From contig DPDG01000084.1 in assembly GCA_003526375.1 (NCBI GenBank), forward strand, positions 369-64,368: 64,000 bases of DNA. The letters are read 5' to 3'. The notes beneath the pieces are model-generated. The model had not been told where the DNA came from, searched no databases, and saw only the letters and a program-made list of their open reading frames with translations. The first letter of the stretch is position 1, and every line of letters begins with the position of its first letter. Shown piece by piece: positions 30,702-39,440 of this stretch. Position numbers and translations under genes: made by a program. The stretch comes from Lentisphaeria bacterium. Lineage in GTDB: Bacteria > Verrucomicrobiota > Lentisphaeria > Victivallales > UBA1829.

Positions 30702-32300
30702 TCAGCAGAGAGGCAGGCAGACCGTGAAAATAGAACCTTTTTCTGAACTTGCAACATGGATTTTGCCGTGGTGGGCTTCCACAATTGCGTGGACGAGAGA
30801 AAGTCCGAGGCCGTTTCCGGGAAGGGTTCTGCTTGAGTCTGCACGGTAGAACCGTTTGAAAATATTCTCAAGGTCCTTTTCCGGAATGCCGCAGCCGGTA
30901 TCGCAGATTCTGATCTCAGCCATGCCGTCTCTGGCTGACAGGTCAAGCGTGATGAAACCGCCTGCGGGAGTGAATTTGATTGCGTTGTCCAGCAGGTTTG
31001 CCACGATGCGCTGTATCTTTATCTTATCCGCCGAGATCATAACCGACTCCTCCGGCAGGTTCAAACTGAACGTCTGCCCCTTTTCTTCCGCAAGGAGCTG
31101 GTAAAGATCATAAGCCTGTTCCAGAAGTTCATTGAGTGAAAGTTTCGATTCGGATATGGTTTCGAGATTGGATTCCGTGCGCGTGATTTCCAGCATGGTA
31201 TTGATCATTGCCACCATTTTTGTGCACTCCTCGGCGACATCGCATGCCATCTCCCGGTAATGTGCGAGTTCCTGCGGCCCGCTTACCGTCACTTCCGCCA
31301 TGCCGCGCATTCGCGTCAGAGGCGTCCGCAGGTCGTGCGCGATATCGTCTGTGATGTGTTGAAGTTCCGTAATGAGCTTTTCCGTATTGGCGTTCATGCT
31401 GTTGAACGCCCTGACCAGATCGTCGATCTCAACGCCGTCGTGTTCCACGGGAACCCGTTTGCTGAAGTCGCCGGACTGAATGATATGCTGTGCCGCGGCG
31501 TTGAGCCGTTCGACTCCGGCAATGAACTTGCGTGCAATGAGCCAGCCGCAGAGGGTGCCTAGACAGAGAATGGTTCCGATTGTGGAGAAAAAAATCAGAG
31601 AGTAAAGTTCCAGGCGCCGTTGCATGTAGTGCAGGCTGCGCCCGATTTCGAGGATATTGCCGTCAAAGAGCCGTTCTGTCATGACGCGGAACGGGGGATT
31701 GCCGGAAACCGTATAGAATCTGGAGGAGAGATCCGGCATGATGTTTTCAGGAAATGCCTGCGGGAGCGGAGATTGTGCAATGACGCGTCCCTGCGGGGTC
31801 AACAGCCGGAAGAAGAGATTGCTGCTGCCTTCTTCCGCCACCATGTTCTGGAATCCTTTGCGGACCAGCGGGAGGTGATCCGCCGTCTGAACCAGACGTG
31901 TGAAAACGGTTCCGCCGGATTCCAGGCGCAGTTCATAAAGTTTTTCGTCCGCATAACCGATTACCGTGTAATAGTGAAGTTTTCTTCCGCCGCGCTCAAA
32001 GGCGAGGAGCGGTTTCAGGTTCGGAATACGCCTCTGCATTGCGTCCATCGCTTCGTCTGGCACTTTTTCCAGTGAAACTTCCCTGTCGAACCGTTTGAAT
32101 TTATTATTGGTCAGATAATCGTAAAGAACCCGGTCCGCATAGCTTGTCAGCTTGTGGTCTGTCTGTCTGAGCATGCTGTTTTTCAGATAGATGAATACAA
32201 GAAGAAAACTGATTGCGGCGGAAAGGGCAAACAGTACGGCATACCATAACGCGACTCTGAATTTGACTGTTTGAAAAATCTTCCTGTCATTCCAGGACAT
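30702..32300 (-). CDS. sensor histidine kinase (2 TM, HAMP, HisKA, HATPase_c)
   Basis: H-box IAHDLRTPLT, N-box LDNAIKFT and G-box GNGLGLSLV. Confidence 0.9.
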   Translation of the reverse strand: MSWNDRKIFQTVKFRVALWYAVLFALSAAISFLLVFIYLKNSMLRQTDHKLTSYADRVLYDYLTNNKFKRFDREVSLEKVPDEAMDAMQRRIPNLKPLLAFERGGRKLHYYTVIGYADEKLYELRLESGGTVFTRLVQTADHLPLVRKGFQNMVAEEGSSNLFFRLLTPQGRVIAQSPLPQAFPENIMPDLSSRFYTVSGNPPFRVMTERLFDGNILEIGRSLHYMQRRLELYSLIFFSTIGTILCLGTLCGWLIARKFIAGVERLNAAAQHIIQSGDFSKRVPVEHDGVEIDDLVRAFNSMNANTEKLITELQHITDDIAHDLRTPLTRMRGMAEVTVSGPQELAHYREMACDVAEECTKMVAMINTMLEITRTESNLETISESKLSLNELLEQAYDLYQLLAEEKGQTFSLNLPEESVMISADKIKIQRIVANLLDNAIKFTPAGGFITLDLSARDGMAEIRICDTGCGIPEKDLENIFKRFYRADSSRTLPGNGLGLSLVHAIVEAHHGKIHVASSEKGSIFTVCLPLC

Positions 32301-32955
32301 AACCGAATCCCCGTACCGTATGGATCAGCTTCCGTTCAAATGGTTTGTCGATTTTATCGCGCAGACGGCATACCCGTGCTTCAACGACGTTGGTCTGCGG
32401 ATCGAAATTGTATTCCCATACATGTTCCATGATCATGGTCTTGGAAACGACGCGCCCGGTATTGCGTACCAGATATTCCAGAAGCTGAAACTCCAGAGGC
32501 TGAATGTCGATTCTGACATTTCCGCGTGTGACCCTGTGGCTCAGGAGATCGATTGTCAGATCCGCCACTGTGAGCGTTGTCGGATCGGAAGCCGTGTTTG
32601 CCCTTCGCAAAAGTGCCTGAATGCGTGCGAGAAGCTCGGAAAAGGAGAAAGGTTTTGCCAGATAATCATCGCTTCCGAGCTGAAGTCCGCGTATTTTATC
32701 TTCAACGGCATTCTTTGCACTGAGAATGATAATCGGAGTCGTAATTTTTGCCGCACGGATTTTTTCAATTACGGAAAAACCGTCCATCACAGGAAGCATG
32801 ATATCAATGACGGCGAGGTCGAACTCCTCGGTTTTCGCCTTGAAGAGTCCGGTTTTGCCGTCTTCGGCATGAACCGTGGTAAACCCTGCCTGCTTCAGCC
32901 CTTTGAGGATAAAAGCCGCAGTGCGTGCATCGTCTTCAATCAAAAGAATTTTCAT
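32287..32955 (-). CDS. OmpR-family response regulator
   Basis: Receiver domain (DLAVIDIMLP) plus a winged-helix C-terminus (IHTVRGFGY). It overlaps the kinase gene by 14 nt. Confidence 0.9.
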   Translation of the reverse strand: MKILLIEDDARTAAFILKGLKQAGFTTVHAEDGKTGLFKAKTEEFDLAVIDIMLPVMDGFSVIEKIRAAKITTPIIILSAKNAVEDKIRGLQLGSDDYLAKPFSFSELLARIQALLRRANTASDPTTLTVADLTIDLLSHRVTRGNVRIDIQPLEFQLLEYLVRNTGRVVSKTMIMEHVWEYNFDPQTNVVEARVCRLRDKIDKPFERKLIHTVRGFGYVLE

Positions 32956-33151
32956 AAGTCACTACCGTTGTAATTTGAATCTTTCGGAAAATATAATCCG
33001 GCAAAGCGGAAGTTGCAAGCCGGATCTGATTTGAATTCAAATCCGTTTTCCTGTTTTCTCCGGCAATATGATTGAAAAATAGAGAACTTTCCGTCTTTTG
33101 GTGCTTGACATTCCGTAATTCCGGTCTATATTTACGCATCCAAGCTTTTAT

Positions 33152-33228
33152 GGGGTATTAGCTCAGTTGGCTAGAGCACCACACTGGCAGTGTGGGGGTC
33201 AGGAGTTCAAGTCTCCTATACTCCACCA
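33152..33228 (+). tRNA. tRNA-Ala (anticodon GGC), CCA encoded
   Basis: Hand-folded 77-nt cloverleaf. Acceptor GGGGTAT/ATACTCC with G3:U70. Anticodon stem CCACA/TGTGG with loop CTGGCAG. T arm AGGAG-TTCAAGT-CTCCT. 3' ACCA. Confidence 0.9.
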
Positions 33229-33238
33229 TGACTTTTCC

Positions 33239-33265
33239 GGCAACTCAGACGAGTTGCCTTTTTTA
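33239..33265 (+). terminator. intrinsic terminator after the tRNA
   Basis: GGCAACTC-agac-GAGTTGCC followed by ttttttatt. Confidence 0.7.
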
Positions 33266-33473
33266 TTGTCGTTCCGCCCCGAAAATCGAGCTCAACCCCT
33301 CTTTTCGGAGTGCAATCAGAGAGCCGCGAAAACCCCGTTTTTCTCTAAAATCGGGAGATCCTCTAACTTTTTCAGATTTAGAGGGGGACTTGACCCCCTC
33401 CCTTTACTTTGGCCTTTTACCTCCCTGCTATCTAGTTTTTCAAAAAAAATTGCGATTTTTTTGATATTAGGGG

Positions 33474-33502
33474 TTGACTTTTTGTTAAATATCTAGTATA
33501 AT
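33474..33502 (+). promoter_or_regulatory. sigma-70-type promoter inside the IS, driving orfA
   Basis: TTGACT (33474-79), 17-nt spacer, TATAAT (33497-502). The -10 is flanked by a duplicated ATATCTAG. GGAGG RBS before the ATG at 33524. Confidence 0.6.
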
Positions 33503-33523
33503 ATCTAGACAAAGGAGGTTTAT

Positions 33524-33739
33524 ATGGGTCACAAAACAAAAGTACAAAGCATCAAGCGCAAAAACAGTGAACAATTCTACATCAACTTCCCGATGGCATT
33601 AGCTCATGCGCTCGAATTCGAAGCGGGCGAGGAGGTCGAATGGATCGTTGCGGAAGACGGCCAACTGCTGGTACAACGCTTATCATCTCCCAAACGCACG
33701 GCAGTAAAAAAAACGCCGGTGATCCGCCAGAAGGAGTGA
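33524..33739 (+). CDS. IS orfA: small AbrB/SpoVT-like DNA-binding protein
   Basis: 71 aa with a strong RBS. INFPMALAHALEFEAGEEVEW resembles a swapped-hairpin barrel. The last third overlaps the transposase frame. Confidence 0.55.
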   Translation: MGHKTKVQSIKRKNSEQFYINFPMALAHALEFEAGEEVEWIVAEDGQLLVQRLSSPKRTAVKKTPVIRQKE

Positions 33740-35130
33740 GCGGCAAATTCTGGAATTTTTGGCAACAGTGTCGACCGGCATTTTCACAAAAAAGATGTTG
33801 GGAAAGAGCCGGCCGCCTGGCTTTGGGGATTTTATTGAATATGGGACGCCACACAGTGAGTCGTTCAATCAGCGCAATCGGCGACGAGCAACGCGACTGG
33901 AGTGCGCTCTATCGCCTTTTTGAACGTAATCGCATTGATTTGAGCAAAGTTCAGAAATGTATTCTTGACCATCTGATGAAGAAAGAGAAAGCAAAGGCCC
34001 CGTTGCTGGCTTTCATAGACGACACCTTACTGAAGAAGCGGGGAAAGAAAGTATCCGGCACAAGTTGGAAGCTGGACCCGTTAGGACCAAAGTTCACGCA
34101 TAATTTCGTTTGGGCGCAGCGGTATATGCAAATTTCTCTTGGGTTTCGGGAAAAAGATAATCATTGCCGGGGAATTCCGGTTTTGTTCAAGCACTGTCCG
34201 GTCCCCCGAAAACCAGGCAAATTCGCTTCGCCCGAGGCTTTTCCGGAATACAAGGCGCAACAGAAACAACATCGTCTTCCAGTCAGAGCCGCTGCGTGTA
34301 TGGAAGAACTGCAAAGCCGCCTTCCTGAAGACCTACAAACTATTTTCATTGGCGACGGCGGTTATAGCAACCGTACTGTGATTGATGCCGTCAAACGAAT
34401 CAATTGTTATATTGGTCGTATTCGCAAGAATTCCAAGCTTTTCTCAATTCCGGAAACGCAAAACACAGGGAAAGGCCGAAAACGGTATTACGGTTCGGCC
34501 TTGCCGTCGCCCGAGGACATCAGGCTGGATGATTTCGGCTGGCAAAATGTCAAGGCTTCCACCGGCAACGGCGAACACTCCTTTAAAATCAAATCCATTT
34601 CCCCGGTCCGTTCCAAAATTACCGGCGGAAACAATATCAAAATTCTGATCGTACAACCGCTCCGCTACCGGCTGTCACAAAAAACCAGGTTGCTTTACCG
34701 TGACCCGGCGTACCTGATCTGTACCGATCCTCAAATACCTGACGCTGAAATTTTGCAATATTATCTGTGGCGTTGGGAAATTGAAGTCAATTTTAAGGAC
34801 GAGAAAACCATTTTCGGAATTCATGAACCGCAAGTACGTACTGTCAATGCGGTTGAATCGCTTCCGGAATTCAGTGCGCTGATTTATGCGCTCTTTCTGC
34901 TGGCGTCCAAAGAGACATTTGGCGATGACAACCGTTTCAGCTATCCGAAATGGCGCAGTCCGAAAACCGTCTGGCGCCCATCCACGGCCAATTATCTGGC
35001 GGCATTTCGAACCGACATTCTTACGCAAGGCGCCAATAAAAGTGGCTTCGACGCCTCGCTCAAGGAGAACGCAATGCCACTTTTATTCAAACCCGCCTGG
35101 CAAACTGTCATTTATAATGCCGCCAGATGA
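33640..35130 (+). CDS. DDE transposase (IS701-like)
   Basis: Catalytic-region motifs AFIDDTLLKKRGKK, IFIGDGGYS and YLWRWEIEVNFKDEK. Its frame is -1 relative to orfA, with an A8 run at 33706-33713. Confidence 0.85.
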   Translation: MDRCGRRPTAGTTLIISQTHGSKKNAGDPPEGVSGKFWNFWQQCRPAFSQKRCWERAGRLALGILLNMGRHTVSRSISAIGDEQRDWSALYRLFERNRIDLSKVQKCILDHLMKKEKAKAPLLAFIDDTLLKKRGKKVSGTSWKLDPLGPKFTHNFVWAQRYMQISLGFREKDNHCRGIPVLFKHCPVPRKPGKFASPEAFPEYKAQQKQHRLPVRAAACMEELQSRLPEDLQTIFIGDGGYSNRTVIDAVKRINCYIGRIRKNSKLFSIPETQNTGKGRKRYYGSALPSPEDIRLDDFGWQNVKASTGNGEHSFKIKSISPVRSKITGGNNIKILIVQPLRYRLSQKTRLLYRDPAYLICTDPQIPDAEILQYYLWRWEIEVNFKDEKTIFGIHEPQVRTVNAVESLPEFSALIYALFLLASKETFGDDNRFSYPKWRSPKTVWRPSTANYLAAFRTDILTQGANKSGFDASLKENAMPLLFKPAWQTVIYNAAR

Positions 35131-35451
35131 GGAAAATCTCATGCCGACATCAAAAAATCGTTTTCAGGCCAAAAGGCCAAAGTAAAGAGAGGGGGACTTG
35201 ACCCCCTCCGATTTTGAGTTCAACTTCCAACCCCGGTTTGCAAAAAACTATGCTGCCCGTTTTTTCAATAAGTGCGAAAAATCGCCGGGACGCGTCCTGC
35301 TGTTATCCGGAATCAGGTCGACATGTCGACTTAAAATCGGAAACGCTGTTTTCTTTCCCAAAATGATTTTTTCAAAATATCACTTAACTTTTACTGCCTG
35401 ATGGTGTATCTTGGTATCAACAATATTGTAACGAAATACGCGGAGGCGACA

Positions 35452-35631
35452 ATGATCAAAACTTTGACGAAACACGGCAACAGTGCCGCGCTGGTGATCG
35501 AGCGTCCGATCCTTGACCTGCTCGGAGCTACCGCCGATACTGCTTTTGAGGTGGTAACGGATGGGAAAGCCCTGATTCTGACGCCGGTCAAAGACGCGAC
35601 CCGACATACCCGTTTCCGTCAATCGATGTAA
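35452..35631 (+). CDS. AbrB/MazE/Phd-type antitoxin
   Basis: ATG at 35452 with a GGAGG RBS. MIKTLTKHGNSAALVIERPILDLLG is a SpoVT/AbrB-type motif. It lies directly upstream of doc. Confidence 0.75.
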   Translation: MIKTLTKHGNSAALVIERPILDLLGATADTAFEVVTDGKALILTPVKDATRHTRFRQSM

Positions 35632-35675
35632 AAAGTCGGCAAGCACTATGCAAAATCCTTTGAGGAACTTGCCAA

Positions 35676-36074
35676 GTGAAGCATGAACCGCTGTTCCTGC
35701 CTTTTGCGGAGATCATTGAAATCCATGATTGTCAAATTGAGCATTTCGGCGGGGGCGAAGATCTCCGCGATATCGAACTCCTGAAATCCGTGACCGGGAT
35801 ACCGTCCGCCACCTTCAGTGGAGAGTATCTTCATCCGACCATCCTTGAAATGGCGGCGGCCTATCTCTATCACCTTGTTGAAAATCATCCTTTCGTGGAT
35901 GGAAACAAGCTGGTCGGTGCGATGGCCGCGCTCATTTTCCTTGACCTGAACGGATACGATTTTGATGCTTCCGATGCCGAGTTTACGGACATGGTATTAA
36001 AGGTCGCCGGCGGGAAAATGCTGAAAGCGGAAATCACGCTGTTCTTCCGTCAGCATACCCATTCCCGCAAATAA
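35676..36074 (+). CDS. doc: death-on-curing (Doc, Fic-fold) family toxin
   Basis: GTG start. Doc-like EIHDCQIEHFGG... and a Fic/Doc motif HPFVDGNKL (the terminal Arg of the usual NKR is Leu here). Confidence 0.8.
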   Translation: MKHEPLFLPFAEIIEIHDCQIEHFGGGEDLRDIELLKSVTGIPSATFSGEYLHPTILEMAAAYLYHLVENHPFVDGNKLVGAMAALIFLDLNGYDFDASDAEFTDMVLKVAGGKMLKAEITLFFRQHTHSRK

Positions 36075-36121
36075 AAAAATCCGTACCAGCCGGGAGAGAC
36101 GGATACGGATGTGGTTCGGGG

Positions 36122-37822
36122 TTATTTCCCAAGGAAGAGTTTGCGCTGCTCTTCCCAGCTGTCGGGGATGCCGCGGCGGAGTTTGTCCAGCGTGAGACTG
36201 ACCGGCTGGCGGTTTTCCCATATCGCCTTCACGATGTCCGGTGCGAGGTTCGCCAGCTGGAGCGTCCGGGCCACGAAGGAACGGTCCATGTTCAACGCCT
36301 GGGCGATCTGCCGCATGGTCGTCGCCTTGCCGGAGATGATCTGCTCCATCCCCTGATGTGCCTGGATCAGCGCCGTCTGGATCGGCAGACGCGGTCCGTC
36401 TGCCTGCTCGTCAGCCGAGAGCAGTTTCACCTGTCCGGCATACCGCCGCAGCTTGCAGGGGACCGTCAGGACGCACTCCAGATCCACGCTTCCGGAAGAA
36501 ACACTGAAGTCCGCTCCGGCCTCTTTCAGCAGACCGGCTATGCCTTCGGCGCGGAACACGATCCGTACCTCATTCTCGAAGACCAGTACCCGCTGGATGA
36601 GCGCATGGATGAGTTTATAGCGCTCCACCGGGAACATTGCACTCCAGAGGGTCGCGATGTTCTCCAGCGCCTCTCCCGCCTGCCGGGTGTCGAGCGCGTT
36701 CCGGAGTTCGCCGCCGCAGATCTTCGCCAGCATGGTCGGAGTTTTGAGGAGCGCCGCGATCCGGTTCAGCAGAAGCTGTTCCAAAGTCTCGGCGGGAACG
36801 CGATGCAGCGGACATTCCCGATGGGCGCGTTTCTCGTCCACGTGGCAGATGTAATAGCGGTATCGCCGACCATTCGGCTTGGTCACGGTTGCGACGAACA
36901 TCGGCGCGTTGCAGTGCCCGCAGTAAATGAGCCCGGCAAAAGGTTTCAAATCCCGCCCGGACCGTTGGTGACAGCTTTCGGAATTGGCCTTGAAGGTCGA
37001 CTGGACCCGTTCCCAGAGTTTCACCGGAATGATGCCCTCATGTTCCCCATCATAAACTTTGCCGCGATACCGCAGTTTGCAGATGTAGATCGGATTCTGC
37101 AGGATGTCCCGGATGACGGCGATCGACAGCGGACGACCGCCGTGGCGAAGTCCTTTCTTCGACACCCATTCCCGACCCCGGATGCCCTTTCCCACCAGAA
37201 GCCGCTGGACCGCCTTCGGCGAACTGGTCCGGAGATATTCGTCATAAATCAGACGGACGATTTTCGCTTCTTCCGGTTTGATGACCATTTTCATGTTCAC
37301 CGAATCGCCCCGATAGCCGAGCGGGAGCAGTCCGCCGACGTATTTTCCTTTCTTTTTCGAGGCGGAAAGTTTGTCCCTGATGCGTTCCGCGATGACCTCG
37401 CGCTCGAATTGGGCGAAGGTCATCAGAATATTGAGCATCATCCGCCCGGATGAGGTGCTGGTGTTGATCTCCTGCGTCACCGATACGAAGGAGACGTCGC
37501 ATTTTTCGAACTCCGTCTGCAGCTCGGCGAAGTCCGTGAGACTCCTGCTCAAACGGTCGATCTTATAGACCACCACAATGTCGATCAGTCCGGCGCGGAC
37601 ATCCGTCATCATCCGCTGGAGCGCCGGACGGTTGATGTTGCCGCCGGACCAGCCGCCGTCATCGTAGGACTCCGGCAGAGCCTGCCAGCCGTTGGAGCGT
37701 TGACTGGCGATGTAATTCATCGCGGCATCCCGCTGTGCATCCAGCGAATTGTAGTCCTGTTCCAGGCCCTCGTCGTGGCTCTTGCGCGTATAGATCGCGC
37801 ATCTTTTCGGTTCGATTTTCAC
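36122..37822 (-). CDS. large serine recombinase
   Basis: N-terminal resolvase domain (CAIYTRKSHDEG...SLDAQ, VVYKIDRLSRS), recombinase domain, and a Cys-rich zinc-ribbon region (CGHC...YYICH). GTG start. Confidence 0.9.
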   Translation of the reverse strand: MKIEPKRCAIYTRKSHDEGLEQDYNSLDAQRDAAMNYIASQRSNGWQALPESYDDGGWSGGNINRPALQRMMTDVRAGLIDIVVVYKIDRLSRSLTDFAELQTEFEKCDVSFVSVTQEINTSTSSGRMMLNILMTFAQFEREVIAERIRDKLSASKKKGKYVGGLLPLGYRGDSVNMKMVIKPEEAKIVRLIYDEYLRTSSPKAVQRLLVGKGIRGREWVSKKGLRHGGRPLSIAVIRDILQNPIYICKLRYRGKVYDGEHEGIIPVKLWERVQSTFKANSESCHQRSGRDLKPFAGLIYCGHCNAPMFVATVTKPNGRRYRYYICHVDEKRAHRECPLHRVPAETLEQLLLNRIAALLKTPTMLAKICGGELRNALDTRQAGEALENIATLWSAMFPVERYKLIHALIQRVLVFENEVRIVFRAEGIAGLLKEAGADFSVSSGSVDLECVLTVPCKLRRYAGQVKLLSADEQADGPRLPIQTALIQAHQGMEQIISGKATTMRQIAQALNMDRSFVARTLQLANLAPDIVKAIWENRQPVSLTLDKLRRGIPDSWEEQRKLFLGK

Positions 37823-37825
37823 TGT

Positions 37826-38251
37826 TCACCTTTTTTTGATCCCGAAGAATTCATTGCCGTTCCAGTTCGTGCCGGTGATCGCTCTGGCAACTCCGGAGAG
37901 CGAGCGGTAGAGTTTCCCCTGAAACTCATATTTTTCGCCGCGCACCGTGACCTCGTATTCCCGCCCATGCCACTCGCGGACGATTTTCATTCCGTCGCGG
38001 AGTGCGGCAAGCGACCGCCGTTCGGGAGCGGTATCGGGAGTAAGCACGGCCTTCAGCGCCGGATCGAGACCGCCGTAGACGATCTCCTGGACCCGGTAGG
38101 TGAGCCGCCGTCGCAGAAACTCCTGGCTGGAGTTGGGCGGTTCGCTCCCATACAAGTCGCGCCATTTATCGCAGAGCTGCGGACGGCTCATCCCGGCGAG
38201 AGCCAGCAGTTGCCGCCGCACCGATTCATCTTTTTGTGTCTGGGTTTCCAT
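37826..38251 (-). CDS. DUF2924 family protein (serine-recombinase partner)
   Basis: 141 aa. ...LCDKWRDLYGSEPP...RRRLTYRVQE...WNGNEFFG. It ends 3 nt upstream of the recombinase start. Confidence 0.75.
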   Translation of the reverse strand: METQTQKDESVRRQLLALAGMSRPQLCDKWRDLYGSEPPNSSQEFLRRRLTYRVQEIVYGGLDPALKAVLTPDTAPERRSLAALRDGMKIVREWHGREYEVTVRGEKYEFQGKLYRSLSGVARAITGTNWNGNEFFGIKKR

Positions 38252-38281
38252 AATAGTCCTTTCTTGTTGACGTTGTTATAG

Positions 38282-38419
38282 TTAAGCATGGGTTTGCGAT
38301 ACATCCAGTGAAGTATTCCACTGTTTTGGAGAAATCTCGCTTTTCCCGGTAAAAATGCGGATCAGGATGGCGCGGATGATTGCCGCGGCGTCATCGATCG
38401 AAGTGGTGATTTCTTTCAT
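38282..38419 (-). CDS. 45-aa ORF heading the recombinase operon (hypothetical)
   Basis: It is below the ORF-track size cut-off and was found by hand. ATG at 38419 with an AAGGAA RBS, MKEITTSIDDAAAIIRAILIRIF...; stop at 38282-84. Confidence 0.3.
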   Translation of the reverse strand: MKEITTSIDDAAAIIRAILIRIFTGKSEISPKQWNTSLDVSQTHA

Positions 38420-38548
38420 AAAATTCCTTTCGTTGAATAAGTTGCGATATTTTCTCCTTGTCGACTTGCTATGTGTGGAAGTCGCGCTTTATTAGTCGTG
38501 AAGCGCGGAAATCCGCACATAACAACCCAAGTGCCAAGGAGATGAGAA

Positions 38549-39055
38549 ATGGGCGAAAAACATGAGTTCAAGGTCGGCGACACGGTACTGCTGAAAGTCG
38601 GACGCAACGAGGTCCAGGTGAAAATCCTCAAGTCGATGGCGGGAGGCAATGCCATCATGGTGAAGAGCCTCGCCAGCGGAAAGGATTTCATCATGCCGGT
38701 CAGTCGCCTCAATGTCCCGACCGTCAGTATCAAGCCGGTTGAGCCGAAGCAGACAGCCCCTAGACCCGCACCCGTTGAGACGGAAATGGAAGATGCTCCG
38801 AACCCCGCCCAGAAGTCAAAACCGGCCAAGAAGATGTCGCTGATGGATGCGGCGGTCGCCGTTCTCCGGGAGAGCGGCAAGCCGATGAACACCCGCGAGA
38901 TGGTGAAGGCGGCAGCCGAAAAAGGTTACTGGTTTCCGACCGCCTGCCGGACGCCGGAGCAGACCCTTTACGGTAGCATCTTCCGTGAGATCAAGACCAA
39001 AGAACAGCCACGCATCGTCAAGAGTGATGTCAGGGGAAAATTCCAACTGCGCTGA
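38549..39055 (+). CDS. HARE-HTH domain protein with N-terminal SH3/KOW-like domain and Pro-rich linker
   Basis: C-terminal MSLMDAAVAVLRESGKPMNTREMVKAAAEKGYW...TPEQTLYGSIFREIK...RGKFQL matches the HARE-HTH layout. Confidence 0.65.
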   Translation: MGEKHEFKVGDTVLLKVGRNEVQVKILKSMAGGNAIMVKSLASGKDFIMPVSRLNVPTVSIKPVEPKQTAPRPAPVETEMEDAPNPAQKSKPAKKMSLMDAAVAVLRESGKPMNTREMVKAAAEKGYWFPTACRTPEQTLYGSIFREIKTKEQPRIVKSDVRGKFQLR

Positions 39056-39099
39056 CCGAAGCCTCACGTTAGGCTTCGGCTCAAATCCATATGTCATGG

Positions 39100-39129
39100 A
39101 ACCGTCATGACCGTGACGGTTTTTCTTTT
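39100..39129 (+). terminator. intrinsic terminator after the HARE-HTH gene
   Basis: AACCGTCA-tgaccg-TGACGGTT followed by tttctttta. Confidence 0.65.
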
Positions 39130-39323
39130 ATATCGTCGGCAAGCAAGTCTACTTATTTGGTAGAGTCCTTCCGCGCGCCCATGGAAAATTTCCCCGCAGG
39201 GGGGAACCGTCCGAGTCATGAGATCTCGGATGGGGAGACCGGCGAATAAGAAATTAAAAGCGATTATCCTCTATATACCCATTGGGGAGGATTTTTCCGT
39301 CTTCGGATACATCTGCTTCTTTC

Positions 39324-39440
39324 TTCTTAACGTGCTGTTTAACATTCAAATTATCAGCAGGTTAATGTTAAGAAAGGCGATTTCTTATTTTTCTTAATCG
39401 TTCTTAATTTCTCCTCACCGATCAAGAATGGAGTTCTTAA
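39324..39440. repeat. cluster of TTCTTAA heptamers in an AT-rich gap
   Basis: Direct copies at 39324, 39391, 39401 and 39434. A degenerate TTCTTAT at 39382. An inverted copy (TTAAGAA) at 39368. The three central copies are spaced 9-10 bp apart. Confidence 0.55.

Larger units (their letters stand above)
33380..35209 (+). mobile_element. complete IS element (IS4-superfamily, IS701-like DDE transposase), 1830 bp
   Basis: Terminal inverted repeats aGAGGGGGACTTGACCCCCTCCCTTTACTTTGGCC (left) and GGCCAAAGTAAAGAGAGGGGGACTTGACCCCCTCc (right). They are flanked by the 5-bp direct repeat GATTT (33375-33379 and 35210-35214). Confidence 0.8.

Noticed and set aside
33152-33228. tRNA-Ala as a demonstrable att site of the island
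   Set aside because: I could not find a second copy of the tRNA 3' end anywhere in the window, and the only recombinase is a serine (not tyrosine) type. Adjacency is noted, but the att assignment is left open.
33381-33401. 21-bp direct repeat GAGGGGGACTTGACCCCCTCC on both sides of the transposase, considered as a giant target-site duplication
   Set aside because: The sequence is a near-palindromic hairpin, so it reads almost the same in both orientations. It is better explained as the outer part of about 34-bp imperfect terminal inverted repeats, with a conventional 5-bp GATTT duplication immediately outside.
33167-33496. Track ORFs 33167..33496 and 33192..33464
   Set aside because: They run through the tRNA-Ala gene, its terminator and the IS terminal repeat, so they are not plausible coding sequence.
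38416-38892. 158-aa minus-strand ORF
   Set aside because: It is antisense to the HARE-HTH gene, which has a recognisable domain and a good RBS. The product is low-complexity.
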